A stretch of 62,025 bases of DNA, the filler included. It is 5 parts of 5 records of this genome, joined end to end, with 100 filler letters (N's around TTAATTAATTAA, not from the genome) between each part and the next. Parts side by side here need not be neighbours in the genome. Positions count along the whole stretch, not along the records: positions 25,045 to 41,715 come from SRR20825006_2660; 4 more parts are not named here. One strand, written 5' to 3'. The translations under genes and the position numbers were made by a program. Of the stretch, positions 30,166 to 40,128 are shown one piece after another. Each line of letters opens with the position of its first letter. Position 1 is the first letter of the stretch. The notes below the pieces were generated by a model, which was not told the DNA's origin, ran no database searches, and was given only the letters and a program-made list of their open reading frames with translations.

Positions 30166-31173
30166 TTAGAATTTTTCCATCAATGTGTCATAGCGCGCGC
30201 GCAGGTCGGCGCGGTTTGGCATAGGCTTTTGATCTGCCTCAGATATGAGAGAAGCGATACGTTTCTCAAGCTTTCCTGAGATGGGATGCGCCGCGCTTGC
30301 GATAGTCTGCATTTCATCAAGTTTGCCATTGCAATGCAGTACCAGATCACAGCCTGCTGCGAACGAGTTACGGGTGAGTGTTTCAAAATCACCTGACAGC
30401 GCCTTCATGGACAGATCATCTGACATCAAAATGCCGCTGAAGCCAAATTTCATGCGGATAACACGGCCAATCACCACTCTGGATAACGTTGCCGGTGCTT
30501 TGGGGTCGATAGCGCTATATTTGATATGCGCTGTCATGCCGAAGGGCGCGTCGTTGATAGCACGAAACGGCACAAAATCTGTTTTATCCAGCTCCGCAAC
30601 CGGCGTGTCTACAACGGGCAGCTCGAGATGACTGTCCACAGTTGCGCGGCCGTGCCCCGGCAGGTGTTTGATCACCGGCAGCACGCCAGTGTCCATCAGG
30701 GCATCAACCACAATGCGGCCAAACGCCGCCACAAGGTCAGGATCGCGAGAGAAAGCACGGTCACCCACAATGGGGTCGGCGTCATCGCGCATGACATCAA
30801 GCACAGGCAGGCAGTCCACATTCACGCCAACACGCCTGAGGTCATCCGCGATCAAGCGGCAATTGAGCCGAAGTGCGCTCGCCGCAAGGGTCGGGTCTTT
30901 TTTTGCCATGTTGCCGAACACTGCCATCGGTGGATATTTCCGCCAGTTCGGCTCGGTCATGCGCTGCACGCGGCCACCTTCCTGATCAATCAGGATAGGA
31001 ACTTTGTGGCGGCCAACCGCTTTTTTGAGGTCAGCTACCAGCGCCCTGATCTGATCAGGCTCCACACAGTTCCGCCTAAAGAGAATGAAACCGGCTGGCT
31101 TCACGCGCTCAAAAAAGCCGCGCTCTTCTTTCGTAAGCACTGGGCCTGAGCAGCCAAAAATGACAGGGATCAT
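30166..31173 (-). CDS. nagZ: Beta-N-acetylhexosaminidase (GH3)
   Basis: DQEGGRVQR, KHLPGHG....DSH..LP, SDDL.M. Confidence 0.95.
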   Translation of the reverse strand: MIPVIFGCSGPVLTKEERGFFERVKPAGFILFRRNCVEPDQIRALVADLKKAVGRHKVPILIDQEGGRVQRMTEPNWRKYPPMAVFGNMAKKDPTLAASALRLNCRLIADDLRRVGVNVDCLPVLDVMRDDADPIVGDRAFSRDPDLVAAFGRIVVDALMDTGVLPVIKHLPGHGRATVDSHLELPVVDTPVAELDKTDFVPFRAINDAPFGMTAHIKYSAIDPKAPATLSRVVIGRVIRMKFGFSGILMSDDLSMKALSGDFETLTRNSFAAGCDLVLHCNGKLDEMQTIASAAHPISGKLEKRIASLISEADQKPMPNRADLRARYDTLMEKF

Positions 31174-31184
31174 CTATTCGACCT

Positions 31185-31985
31185 TCAAGGGTTTACAACA
31201 ATACAGGCTTGTTGCTGCGCGCGCAGGCCAAGGCAAACTTCATCAGCCGCAGCGCGTGTCTCAAGCAGACCCACACGAAGGCGGTATAGCGTACGGTCAC
31301 CGGTTTTCACGGCTTCATAGCTTGGGCTAAGGCCTGAGAGGAAATTGCTGAACTTGCCGCGCACCGCGCGCCACGCTTTCTCTGCAGATTCTTCCGAGCC
31401 ATAAGCACCAAGCTGAACCTTGAAGCCCGTGCTCGCGGTTGCTTTCGCAGGTGTAGGCTTGGTTGCTTCAGGCTTTTTTTCAGCTTTCGGCTGCGGTTTT
31501 GGCGCTGGCGTTTCAGCTTTGGCAGTTGGGGCGTTTTCTGTGACCTGCGCCGCGATATCTCCGATAGGGTCTTCAGCGTCAGCCAACTCTTCTTCCTCAG
31601 GCAGCGCTTCAAGCGGTTCTTCCGGCTGCGGCGCAAGAGTTACCTCGCTTGAGGAATCCTGCGTGCCGTTTGCACGTTCAAACACCTGCTTGTCCTGATA
31701 CGGCACGTCCATACCGCCAGGGTCTGTCGGTTTTTCACGAATGGGGTTGGTATCCGCCGTGATATGCCGCGGTGCCTCGTCGGAACTCCCGTCATAAAGC
31801 GAAAAGATAACCGCAACAAAAAGCGCCACCACAGTCACAGCAACAGCGGCTGCTACCCACATGCGTTTACCGGCAAGGAAACCAACGGGTTCTTCCTCTT
31901 CCGGTACGGGCTGCAGCCAAGGCGGAATATCCTTCTCCGCTGTCAAAGGCTCTCTATTTGGTGTGTTTTTGTCATTGTCGGCCAT
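31185..31985 (-). CDS. SPOR domain protein (FtsN-like)
   Basis: Single TM, P..PGG motif, Pro/Ala/Glu linker, C-terminal VQLGAY...YRLRVG...C..L. Confidence 0.88.
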   Translation of the reverse strand: MADNDKNTPNREPLTAEKDIPPWLQPVPEEEEPVGFLAGKRMWVAAAVAVTVVALFVAVIFSLYDGSSDEAPRHITADTNPIREKPTDPGGMDVPYQDKQVFERANGTQDSSSEVTLAPQPEEPLEALPEEEELADAEDPIGDIAAQVTENAPTAKAETPAPKPQPKAEKKPEATKPTPAKATASTGFKVQLGAYGSEESAEKAWRAVRGKFSNFLSGLSPSYEAVKTGDRTLYRLRVGLLETRAAADEVCLGLRAQQQACIVVNP

Positions 31986-31986
31986 G

Positions 31987-33738
31987 TTACCGCATTTCCT
32001 CCAGTGGCGTTACGCCCAGCACAGTCAGCCCGCTTGCAATCACTATCGCGACCGCGCGCACAAGCGCCATCCGTGCTTTGGTAACTGCCTCATCCCCTTC
32101 GATGATGAACCTCAGGCTCGCATCATCGTTACCCTTGTTCCAGAAAGTATGGAACTCTGAGGCTAAATCATAAAGGAAAAACGCAATACGGTGGGGTTCA
32201 TGCGCTTCCGCTGCAGCCTCAACCATACGCGGCCAGGCCATGCACTGTTTGATCATGCCGATCTCGCCTTCCGTTGACAGAAGCGCCAGGTCAGCACCAG
32301 CGAGGCTAGTGTCCGTTGTATTGAGGGACGGGAAAGCCTCTTTTGCTTTTGCAAGCACCGAACACACCCGTGCATGTGCATATTGCACATAAAACACGGG
32401 GTTATCTTTCGATTGTTCCATCACCTTTTTGAAGTCGAAATCAAGCGGGGCGTCGTTTTTTCGTGTCAGCATAATGAAACGGGTCACACCTGCGCCCACT
32501 TCTTCAACAACCTCACGCAGCGTCACGAAGTTGCCAGCACGCTTGGACATTTTGAACGGCTCACCATTACGGTAAAGCTTCACTAGTTGGCAAAGCCGCA
32601 CGTCAAGAGATCCATCTTCCGAAAGCGCCTTCACTGCCGCCTGCATACGTTTCACATAGCCGCCGTGGTCTGCACCCAGAACGTCAATCATCTGTTTGTA
32701 ACCACGCACATATTTATCGTGGTGGTAGGCAATGTCGGCAGCAAAATAGGTATATTCACCGGTAGATTTCTGCAAAGGCCGGTCCACATCGTCACCAAAA
32801 TCGGTCGCGCGGAACAAGGTCTGCTTACGCGGCTCCCAATCCTCAGGCGTTTTACCTTTTGGTGGCTCCAGCACGCCTTCATAGATGTGTCCGCGGCTTT
32901 TCAGCACTTCAACGGCCTCGGGGATACGCCCACTTTCATGAAGCGACCGCTCAGAGAAGAACGTATCATGCTCAACACCAAGTTGGCGCAGGTCTTCCCG
33001 GATCATCACCATCATGGCATCAGAGGCTTCAACCTTGAAAAGCGCCAGCCATTCGTCCTCTGGTGCATCCAGAAACTTGTCGCCGTATTTTTCCTTGAGC
33101 GTTTCCCCAACCGGCACCAGATAGTCACCCGGATAAAGCCCTTCAGGGATTTCACCGATAGCGCGGCCGTGTGCTTCCTGATAGCGCAAGTGCGCAGAGC
33201 GCGCGAGCGTATCGATCTGGCTGCCTGCGTCGTTTATGTAATACTCCTTGCAGACCTCAAACCCGGCTTTACCGAGAAGGTTCGCAAGTGCATCACCAAA
33301 CACAGCGCCGCGCACGTGCCCCACATGCATTGGGCCTGTGGGGTTGGCAGATACATATTCGATATTGACCTTCTCGCCGCCACCCTGGGTGCTATCGCCA
33401 AAGCTTGTGCCTGCATCCAGGATCGCTTTTACCTGCGCCTGCCAGAAGCTTGGTGCCAGCCGCATATTGATGAAGCCGGGGCCGGCAATCTCAACGCTTT
33501 CCACCTCAGCATGGGCCTCAAGGCCCGGCGCCAGCAGTTCAGCAATATCGCGCGGCTTCATGCGCGCGGCTTTCGCCAGCACGAGGCCCGCGTTGGTCGC
33601 AATGTCGCCGTGGCTTGCGTCACGCGGCGGCTCGACGGCGATATTTTTCAGGTCCAGCCCTTCGGGCAGCTTGCCGCTTTTGGCAAGGCCAAACAGAAGG
33701 TCGTCAATAACACCCCGAAAATGGGTAAATACATTCAT
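31987..33738 (-). CDS. argS: Arginine--tRNA ligase
   Basis: [37 protein letters not shown]. Confidence 0.98.
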   Translation of the reverse strand: MNVFTHFRGVIDDLLFGLAKSGKLPEGLDLKNIAVEPPRDASHGDIATNAGLVLAKAARMKPRDIAELLAPGLEAHAEVESVEIAGPGFINMRLAPSFWQAQVKAILDAGTSFGDSTQGGGEKVNIEYVSANPTGPMHVGHVRGAVFGDALANLLGKAGFEVCKEYYINDAGSQIDTLARSAHLRYQEAHGRAIGEIPEGLYPGDYLVPVGETLKEKYGDKFLDAPEDEWLALFKVEASDAMMVMIREDLRQLGVEHDTFFSERSLHESGRIPEAVEVLKSRGHIYEGVLEPPKGKTPEDWEPRKQTLFRATDFGDDVDRPLQKSTGEYTYFAADIAYHHDKYVRGYKQMIDVLGADHGGYVKRMQAAVKALSEDGSLDVRLCQLVKLYRNGEPFKMSKRAGNFVTLREVVEEVGAGVTRFIMLTRKNDAPLDFDFKKVMEQSKDNPVFYVQYAHARVCSVLAKAKEAFPSLNTTDTSLAGADLALLSTEGEIGMIKQCMAWPRMVEAAAEAHEPHRIAFFLYDLASEFHTFWNKGNDDASLRFIIEGDEAVTKARMALVRAVAIVIASGLTVLGVTPLEEMR

Positions 33739-34946
33739 AGTGATACTCTGTTCAAATCAAACAATTTTGCATGTTCGCGGAAGGCGAAGCGGTCGGTCAT
33801 GCCCGCGATAAAGTCGGCGACCACACGAGCGGTTTCAGCTGAATTACGCTCACCCGCTCGCTCGCTCCATTCTGTGGGCAGGCATTCGGGCTCAGAGATA
33901 TATAGATTGAAGAGGTCAGTGACCACCCTTTTTGCCTTGCTGCCCATACGGTTGACCAGATAATGGCGGTACATGCGATCAAAGAGGAATCCCTTCAACT
34001 CCTTCACCGCCTGCTGCATGTCATTACCAAACGCAATTGTCGGCTGGCCAGCATTGCGGATCTCGTCAGGCGTTTTAGGGGCAAGGGCAGTGATACGCTT
34101 GGTGCTTTCCACCATCAGATCCGCCACCATACGGTTGATCAAGCGGCGTACCAGCTCATGGATAGTGACATCACGCGGCGCATCCGGGTAGGTCCATTTA
34201 ACCTCATCAATCAGCTGCATCACAACCGGGATACGCTTGAGTTCAGAAAGTTCAAACAACCCTGCCCGCAGCCCGTCATCAAGGTCGTGGCTTGAATAGG
34301 CAATATCGTCTGCAAGTGCTGCGATCTGCGCCTCAGCGGATGCGTAGGTGTGAATTTCAAGGTCATTTTCAGGTAGGTAGTCCCGGAACCCAAACGGCAG
34401 ATGCTCTGGCGGGTTTTTCGGGTCAACCGGCTCGTCGGTGAGCGGGCCGTTATGTTTCGCCAAACCTTCTAGGGTTTCCCATGTCAGGTTCAGGCCTTCA
34501 AAGGACGCATAGCGGTGCTCCAGTCGGGTCAGGAGCCGCAGCGCCTGCGCATTGTGGTCAAAACCGTCAAAGCTGCCCATGCAGTCATTCAGCACACTTT
34601 CGCCGATGTGGCCGAAAGGCGGATGCCCGAGGTCATGCGCAAGCGCAAGCGCTTCCGCCAGGTCTTCATTCAGGTGCATAGAGCGAGAGATAGACCGTGC
34701 GATCTGTGCCACCTCAAGCGAGTGGGTCAGCCGTGTACGGAAGTGATCACCCTCATGATAGACAAAAACCTGGGTCTTGTGTTTGAGACGCCTGAAGCTC
34801 GATGAATGGATCACCCGGTCCCGGTCACGCTGATAACAGCTGCGATTCGGTGTCTCGGGTTCCTTGAATACCCGGCCACGGCTTTCAGACGGCTTGCAAG
34901 CATAAGACGCGAGCGTCTCTTCATAGCGTGGCAAAGTATCGTTCAT
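33735..34946 (-). CDS. dgt: Deoxyguanosinetriphosphate triphosphohydrolase
   Basis: [48 protein letters not shown]. Confidence 0.95.
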   Translation of the reverse strand: MNDTLPRYEETLASYACKPSESRGRVFKEPETPNRSCYQRDRDRVIHSSSFRRLKHKTQVFVYHEGDHFRTRLTHSLEVAQIARSISRSMHLNEDLAEALALAHDLGHPPFGHIGESVLNDCMGSFDGFDHNAQALRLLTRLEHRYASFEGLNLTWETLEGLAKHNGPLTDEPVDPKNPPEHLPFGFRDYLPENDLEIHTYASAEAQIAALADDIAYSSHDLDDGLRAGLFELSELKRIPVVMQLIDEVKWTYPDAPRDVTIHELVRRLINRMVADLMVESTKRITALAPKTPDEIRNAGQPTIAFGNDMQQAVKELKGFLFDRMYRHYLVNRMGSKAKRVVTDLFNLYISEPECLPTEWSERAGERNSAETARVVADFIAGMTDRFAFREHAKLFDLNRVSL

Positions 34947-35067
34947 ATGTCTCTCTCCAATTCATGATGGGCGCGTTTCCGGCACATTAAAGCTGCCCAA
35001 TTTTTTGGGCAACTGTTTGCTGGATTTTTCTTGTGACGCACGCTTCCTTCTGTCACGATTGAAATTA

Positions 35068-35114
35068 TTAACAAAACGTTAATTGCATTCATTGCCAGTT
35101 AATACATTTTTAAC
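35068..35114 (+). promoter_or_regulatory. Two tandem CtrA-binding boxes
   Basis: TTAA-caaaacg-TTAA (35068-35082) and TTAA-tacattt-TTAAC (35099-35114) in an otherwise GC-rich alphaproteobacterial contig. Confidence 0.8.
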
Positions 35115-35127
35115 TAAGCTGATAAAC

Positions 35128-35646
35128 ATGATCGAAGACGCAACAAAAATTGAGGGTGACCTTCCTGTTGAGCCAGGTGCTTTTCAGGCGGAAATCCTTG
35201 ATCATTGGCGCGAAATTCAGCATGGCAGGCGCTACCCGGACAAACGCGAGTTTCGCCCGCAAAAGTTCCCACGCTTCCTGCCCCAGCTCGCGATTGTGTC
35301 GGTAAACGGTGAAGACGACTATGACGACCGCCTCACCGGCGCCACAGTGCTTGAAGTATTGCGGCTCAGTAAATCTCATGACCGGCTGGTGGATCCGGCG
35401 GACGGCAACGTGCGCGAACTTGTGCGGAATATGCTTTCAAGCACTGCCAAAGCCGATGCACCGATGTATTTCAAGGGCCAGTTCCAGCCTGAAGAAACTC
35501 GCCCTATCGACTTCACGGCACTTGTCCTACCCTTCTCCCACAACGGGGATGCAGATGTACTGGATACCATGATGCTCGCGTTTGACTTCAGCAAACGGCA
35601 ATCCATCGAGGTTTCCTTCGACGAAGAAATCAGCACCACGGACTAG
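35128..35646 (+). CDS. Single-domain PAS_5 protein (MopJ-like)
   Basis: W......P....F.P......LP.....RL.G...LVLPF pattern; ATG at 35128 preferred. Confidence 0.75.
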   Translation: MIEDATKIEGDLPVEPGAFQAEILDHWREIQHGRRYPDKREFRPQKFPRFLPQLAIVSVNGEDDYDDRLTGATVLEVLRLSKSHDRLVDPADGNVRELVRNMLSSTAKADAPMYFKGQFQPEETRPIDFTALVLPFSHNGDADVLDTMMLAFDFSKRQSIEVSFDEEISTTD

Positions 35647-35743
35647 TCGCCCGCGCGATCTTTCACCCGGAAATCCAACATTCCACAACCTCGTGAATTG
35701 ACGCGGCGCGTGCGCATGCCTACATAAGGACCATAGATTTTAC

Positions 35744-36112
35744 ATGAGCGAGTATGAGCATCAAATGAGCACACCTGAAAAAGCACCCCCTGTTGGCTTC
35801 AGCGAAAACGCGGCAAACCGCGTGGCGGCGCTGATTGCCCAGCAAGGCAACCCCAACCTGAAGCTTCGGCTTTCGGTCTCTGGTGGCGGCTGCAGCGGCT
35901 TTCAGTATAGCTTTGACTTTGATGAAGAGCAGAAAGACGATGACATAGTGGTTGAACGCAACGGGGTTACCCTGCTTGTGGACAATATGTCCCTTCTCTA
36001 TCTCATGGGCTCGGAAGTTGATTTTGTGGAAGACCTTGTCGGCGCTTCCTTCCAGGTAAAAAATCCGAATGCCACATCTTCCTGCGGCTGCGGCACCTCA
36101 TTTGCGATCTAA
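35744..36112 (+). CDS. erpA: Iron-sulfur cluster insertion protein ErpA
   Basis: GGGCSGFQY, NPNATSSCGCGTSF; alternative start at 35765. Confidence 0.95.
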   Translation: MSEYEHQMSTPEKAPPVGFSENAANRVAALIAQQGNPNLKLRLSVSGGGCSGFQYSFDFDEEQKDDDIVVERNGVTLLVDNMSLLYLMGSEVDFVEDLVGASFQVKNPNATSSCGCGTSFAI

Positions 36113-36127
36113 AAGGCAATCAGGCAT

Positions 36128-36913
36128 ATGAAAATTGCGACCTTCAACATCAATGGCGTGAAGGCACGCCTGCCACGTCTTCTTGAATGGCTTGATGAAT
36201 TTTCGCCTGATGTTGCCTGCCTGCAGGAAATCAAAAGCATAGACGACAATTTTCCTCGCATGGAATTTGAAGAACGCGGCTGGCATGTAGAAACCTTCGG
36301 CCAGAAAGCCTTCAACGGCGTTGGTTTCATATCCAAACACCCGATTGAGGATATCCACCGTGCCCTGCCCGCGCTTGATGGCGGTGAGGAGGCGGAAGAC
36401 GTGCAGGCCCGTTATATCGAGGCCACAATCAAGGGTATTCGCATCGCGTCCATCTATCTGCCAAACGGTAACCCGCAGCCGGGGCCAAAGTTCGATTATA
36501 AAATCAGCTGGATGGACCGCCTTATCAAACGCGCGGAATATCTGTTGAGCCTTGAAATGCCAGTTGTACTGGCAGGTGACTATAACGTGATCCCGCATGA
36601 TGAAGACTGCCACAACCCTGCCGCATGGGTGGATGATGCGCTCACACAGCCCGAAAGCAGGCAGCGCCTGCGCTCGATCATCAACCTTGGTTATCTTGAT
36701 GCGCTTCGGCAGATCAAACCCACCGGCGCCGCCTACAGCTATTGGGATTTCCAGCGCGGCGCATGGCAGAAAGATCACGGCATCCGCATTGACCACCTTT
36801 TGCTGTCACCGCAAGCCGCCGATATGCTCAAAGACTGTCAGGTCGACCGGATACCGCGCGGCAAGGAAAAATCAAGCGACCACACACCGGTGTGGGTTGA
36901 ACTAGCTATCTAA
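36128..36913 (+). CDS. xth: Exodeoxyribonuclease III
   Basis: ATFNING, LQEIK, YLPNG, GDYN, RIDH, SDH.PV. Confidence 0.96.
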   Translation: MKIATFNINGVKARLPRLLEWLDEFSPDVACLQEIKSIDDNFPRMEFEERGWHVETFGQKAFNGVGFISKHPIEDIHRALPALDGGEEAEDVQARYIEATIKGIRIASIYLPNGNPQPGPKFDYKISWMDRLIKRAEYLLSLEMPVVLAGDYNVIPHDEDCHNPAAWVDDALTQPESRQRLRSIINLGYLDALRQIKPTGAAYSYWDFQRGAWQKDHGIRIDHLLLSPQAADMLKDCQVDRIPRGKEKSSDHTPVWVELAI

Positions 36914-37200
36914 CTCAACCCCTGCACCAACAAGACTGTCCCGTCTGAGCTTGCTCGCCGGTCCTGCACAATGGCTTGATATGCATCGGACGAAGCCCAC
37001 TTCTGGAAATTTTCCGCGTCTTTAAAGGCCAGTAGCAAGACTTTGTCGGCATGCCATTCGCCTTCCAGCACCGCCGGGTTTTCATCATTGGCTAAAGGTG
37101 TACAATCAATGCCCTCCAGAGTTGCCATAAAACCGGCGAAATATTTGCTATACCGTTCCGGATTGTGAATTTTAAGCTGCGCAATTGCATAAACCGTCAT
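36910..37200 (-). CDS. DUF1330 domain protein
   Basis: Y..Y, LEG.W, F......W..S..YQ.....R; start reassigned to ATG at 37200. Confidence 0.85.
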   Translation of the reverse strand: MTVYAIAQLKIHNPERYSKYFAGFMATLEGIDCTPLANDENPAVLEGEWHADKVLLLAFKDAENFQKWASSDAYQAIVQDRRASSDGTVLLVQGLS

Positions 37201-37262
37201 AGCTAGCCCCCCGTGAGTTGTTCCAAGTTTCAAATAACCCTAGCATAAACCACGTTTTTCGC

Positions 37263-37724
37263 TCAGGCGTCTACGGTCTCGTATACCTCACCTTCACGGT
37301 TATTGGCTGGCATGCCCAACTCATGCAGGTCTGGCGTGATATATTCATCGATGCTTGAGATGCGGTTTTGGCTATCCACATGCACGGCGCGGGAGATACG
37401 CCCCGACAGGTCGCGAGCAGGCACCTGCTCATAGCCCATGATGATGGCTAGGTCCCCTTTTGAGAACTGATGCGCCGCAGCACCGTTCAGGCAGATAACA
37501 CCGGAGCCTTCCGTGCCTTCAATAATATAGGTGGTGATGCGTTCCCCATTGGTGATGTTCACCACGTCCACGGCGCAATATGGCATCAAGCCGGACGCCC
37601 GCAACAGGATCGGGTCAACGGTGATGGACCCCACATAGTTAAGCTCGGCTCCGGTCACCGTCACGCGGTGCAGTTTGCCATACATGAAGGGGCGCAATGC
37701 GCCATCAAGATGCGGTTTGCTCAT
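37263..37724 (-). CDS. panD: Aspartate 1-decarboxylase
   Basis: KLHR..VT.A.LNY.GSIT.D (Gly-Ser autocleavage site), NGER..TY, NGAAAH. Confidence 0.93.
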   Translation of the reverse strand: MSKPHLDGALRPFMYGKLHRVTVTGAELNYVGSITVDPILLRASGLMPYCAVDVVNITNGERITTYIIEGTEGSGVICLNGAAAHQFSKGDLAIIMGYEQVPARDLSGRISRAVHVDSQNRISSIDEYITPDLHELGMPANNREGEVYETVDA

Positions 37725-37798
37725 CCGGCCTATCCTTTCACATCAGGTTGCGTGACATCTGCAACCGATAGCGGATATGGCTCACAGATAGTGAGGCG

Positions 37799-38599
37799 TC
37801 AAGCCCCGTCGCTACGTTTCACGGGAATCTCGTCGTGGTCCTCTCCAATGAAGACACGCAAGCGCCACACCTGCATGTAACCGAATGCCGCCGCTGACCA
37901 AGCCGAATATATGATGTCCTATGGTAGAAATACGACGCTCAGCCAGAAAAGACTCATGAACTCCAGTAAAAGCTGCATCAGTATATATTTCCCGGCCCAA
38001 AGCAGCCAAAGCATCGCGACAAATCGCACCGCTTGCTTCGGGCCACCCCCCCACATCCCTTACGAGAGCTGTTTTTGCAAGCGTATCAGCGAAAATTGCC
38101 CCTGCAACACACACAAGTACAGCCGATATACAATCGTCGATCAGTTGGTTCTGTTCCAGCCCTGACACAAGGTAAAGGACCACAAGCATGATCACGGCAA
38201 TAATGAGAGCACATATCCAGAGAGCCACGACCTTTATGAAGTTGATAATGGCAGCAAAGACCGCTTCGCGTTTGCTGGGGAAAGCAACATCGTCGATGCC
38301 CCGTACGGCAAAACGTATCCACATATTGAACACACCAACACCAAATACCGCCCCCGCGAGTATAAACATGCCCACAAAGGCTACACGAGGCCAGATAAAG
38401 TCAATATCCAGAACATCCGCCATAGCCCCCGTGCTCTGAAGATTATCCGCTCCATTTTCCGCCGCAAAGCGGAAAGAAAACAACAGCATGCCAGTCACCA
38501 CCACTGTATACACCGCAGTTATGAGCAAGCCCTTGCGGTAGCAAATAATGCCCCGCATTGAGCTCCTCAAAAGTATTAAGGCTGGCAAATTCGGGGCAT
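37799..38599 (-). pseudogene. Disrupted paralog of the adjacent membrane protein
   Basis: Homology to 38669-39523 continues only after a frameshift near a G7 run (38046-38052); that frame has an in-frame TAG at 37919-37921 and ends at TGA 37799-37801. Confidence 0.7.
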
Positions 38600-38668
38600 G
38601 GCACGTGCTCTCGATCTATATCAGCGGCCCCCAGGGTTTACTAATCGCCTTTAGAGGTCAGCTGTCAT

Positions 38669-39523
38669 CTATTCGTTTGATGTATTCCCGGTATCGACGC
38701 CCACTTCTTCCGCCCGGCAGATGCGGTAGCGAATTCCGTGCGCAACACCAATCGCAAACATGACAAAAACACCCAGCACAAGATTGATCACGGTCGAGAG
38801 AACAGCAGAGCCCGTGAGCCCCGCCAACGTGACCGGCACCAAAAGCACCAGATACACAAGGATCAGCACCACGGCAAAATCCACCGTATGCGGATGGCTC
38901 AAGCCCTCATCATCCGTCCGCATCGCCGTTTGTGTAAGATTGGCGGAAAAAAGCGAATAGATGATCGAGCCCGCAACAAGTGACACAATCTGGTTAAGTA
39001 TCCCCGCCCGTGTTGCCGCGGCAAGATCTTGATCCATCGATGACGCTATCTGTTCACTGAAGCTGCTCGTCAAGCCAAGCGTGCTTAGTATACTGATGAT
39101 GACAAAACTGACGATACCAAGCAGGATGGCGATCAGGACAAACTTCAGGCCATTTACAAACGCCGCAGAGAGCGCCGCACCCAATGGTTTGATACGGGCG
39201 TGTTCAAAGCCAAATGCCCCCGCACGTACCCAAAAGTTGAAGATATAAGCCGCAACCATCATCACAAGAACCACGACAACCAATAGTGCCGGGATCATCG
39301 CCGCTAATGCTGAAAAATCGCCATTTGCCACGCTCTCTTCAAGACTCGCCATAGCCTCAGGGGATAGCCCGCTCGCCATGCCAACAATCATGGCCGCAAT
39401 AATTGCGAGAACCGTCACACTAATGAAGAGACCAATGGTCTTAAAAAATTCGACCGGACGAGAGAATGGCAGCGCAAAAGACTGCTTGACAATATCAAGA
39501 ATGGGAAGCCGTTGCATATTCAC
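38669..39523 (-). CDS. Hypothetical multi-pass membrane protein
   Basis: 284-aa ORF, about six hydrophobic segments, GGGG RBS before GTG. Confidence 0.8.
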   Translation of the reverse strand: MNMQRLPILDIVKQSFALPFSRPVEFFKTIGLFISVTVLAIIAAMIVGMASGLSPEAMASLEESVANGDFSALAAMIPALLVVVVLVMMVAAYIFNFWVRAGAFGFEHARIKPLGAALSAAFVNGLKFVLIAILLGIVSFVIISILSTLGLTSSFSEQIASSMDQDLAAATRAGILNQIVSLVAGSIIYSLFSANLTQTAMRTDDEGLSHPHTVDFAVVLILVYLVLLVPVTLAGLTGSAVLSTVINLVLGVFVMFAIGVAHGIRYRICRAEEVGVDTGNTSNE

Positions 39524-39674
39524 CCCCTGAATAACTTTTCGAATAATTTCCCTATAGTATTCAATATACTAAAGCCAGTTTCTCACACGACCCTGAGAGA
39601 AAAGACAAATTGAACCTTTGCACGCTAGCGTGGTAGCGCGATCAAGAAAAGCTTAAATAATGATAAATTGCCGT

Positions 39675-40112
39675 CTACCGTGACCATTCCAGATGAATGA
39701 TCGGAAATGGCCGCCCCGCATCATCGGTGGGGTCACGGCGGACATCACGGAAACCACATTTATGATAAAATGCATGAGCTTGCGGTTGCTGCTCGTTCAC
39801 CTGCACCGTCAACATCTCATGCCGCGCCTTCATGTGATCGATAAAGCGCGTGCCAATACCCGTTCCGTGGGCTTTGGGATCAACAAACAGCGCATCAATA
39901 TTGGCGTCCGTGCAGCCCATGAATCCTTGAGGTACACCGTCTGCATCGTCAAAAACCAGAAAATCCGCGTTTGGCAGATACTGTGTTTTCACAACGGCGG
40001 CGATCTCCTGCCGCTGTTCCGGGCTTAAAAAGTCATGCGTGGCCAGCACCGCCGCATGCCAGATGGCAAACAAGCGGTCCAGGTCGTTCGAGACTGCGGG
40101 GCGAAACGTCAT
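39675..40112 (-). CDS. GNAT acetyltransferase (YjaB/YiaC-like)
   Basis: W..AV.ATHDFL, LFV.P...G.GIG, VNEQ...A..FY...GF, D..GRPFP. Confidence 0.9.
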   Translation of the reverse strand: MTFRPAVSNDLDRLFAIWHAAVLATHDFLSPEQRQEIAAVVKTQYLPNADFLVFDDADGVPQGFMGCTDANIDALFVDPKAHGTGIGTRFIDHMKARHEMLTVQVNEQQPQAHAFYHKCGFRDVRRDPTDDAGRPFPIIHLEWSR

Positions 40113-40128
40113 TTACCCGGTATCCTGC

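Noticed and set aside
32587-33963. 458-aa ORF antisense to argS/dgt
   Set aside because: Shadow frame of conserved genes in GC-rich DNA; no recognisable motifs
33735-34946. dGTPase as an anti-phage gene
   Set aside because: Sits in the usual housekeeping argS-dgt-erpA-xth context with no defence genes nearby
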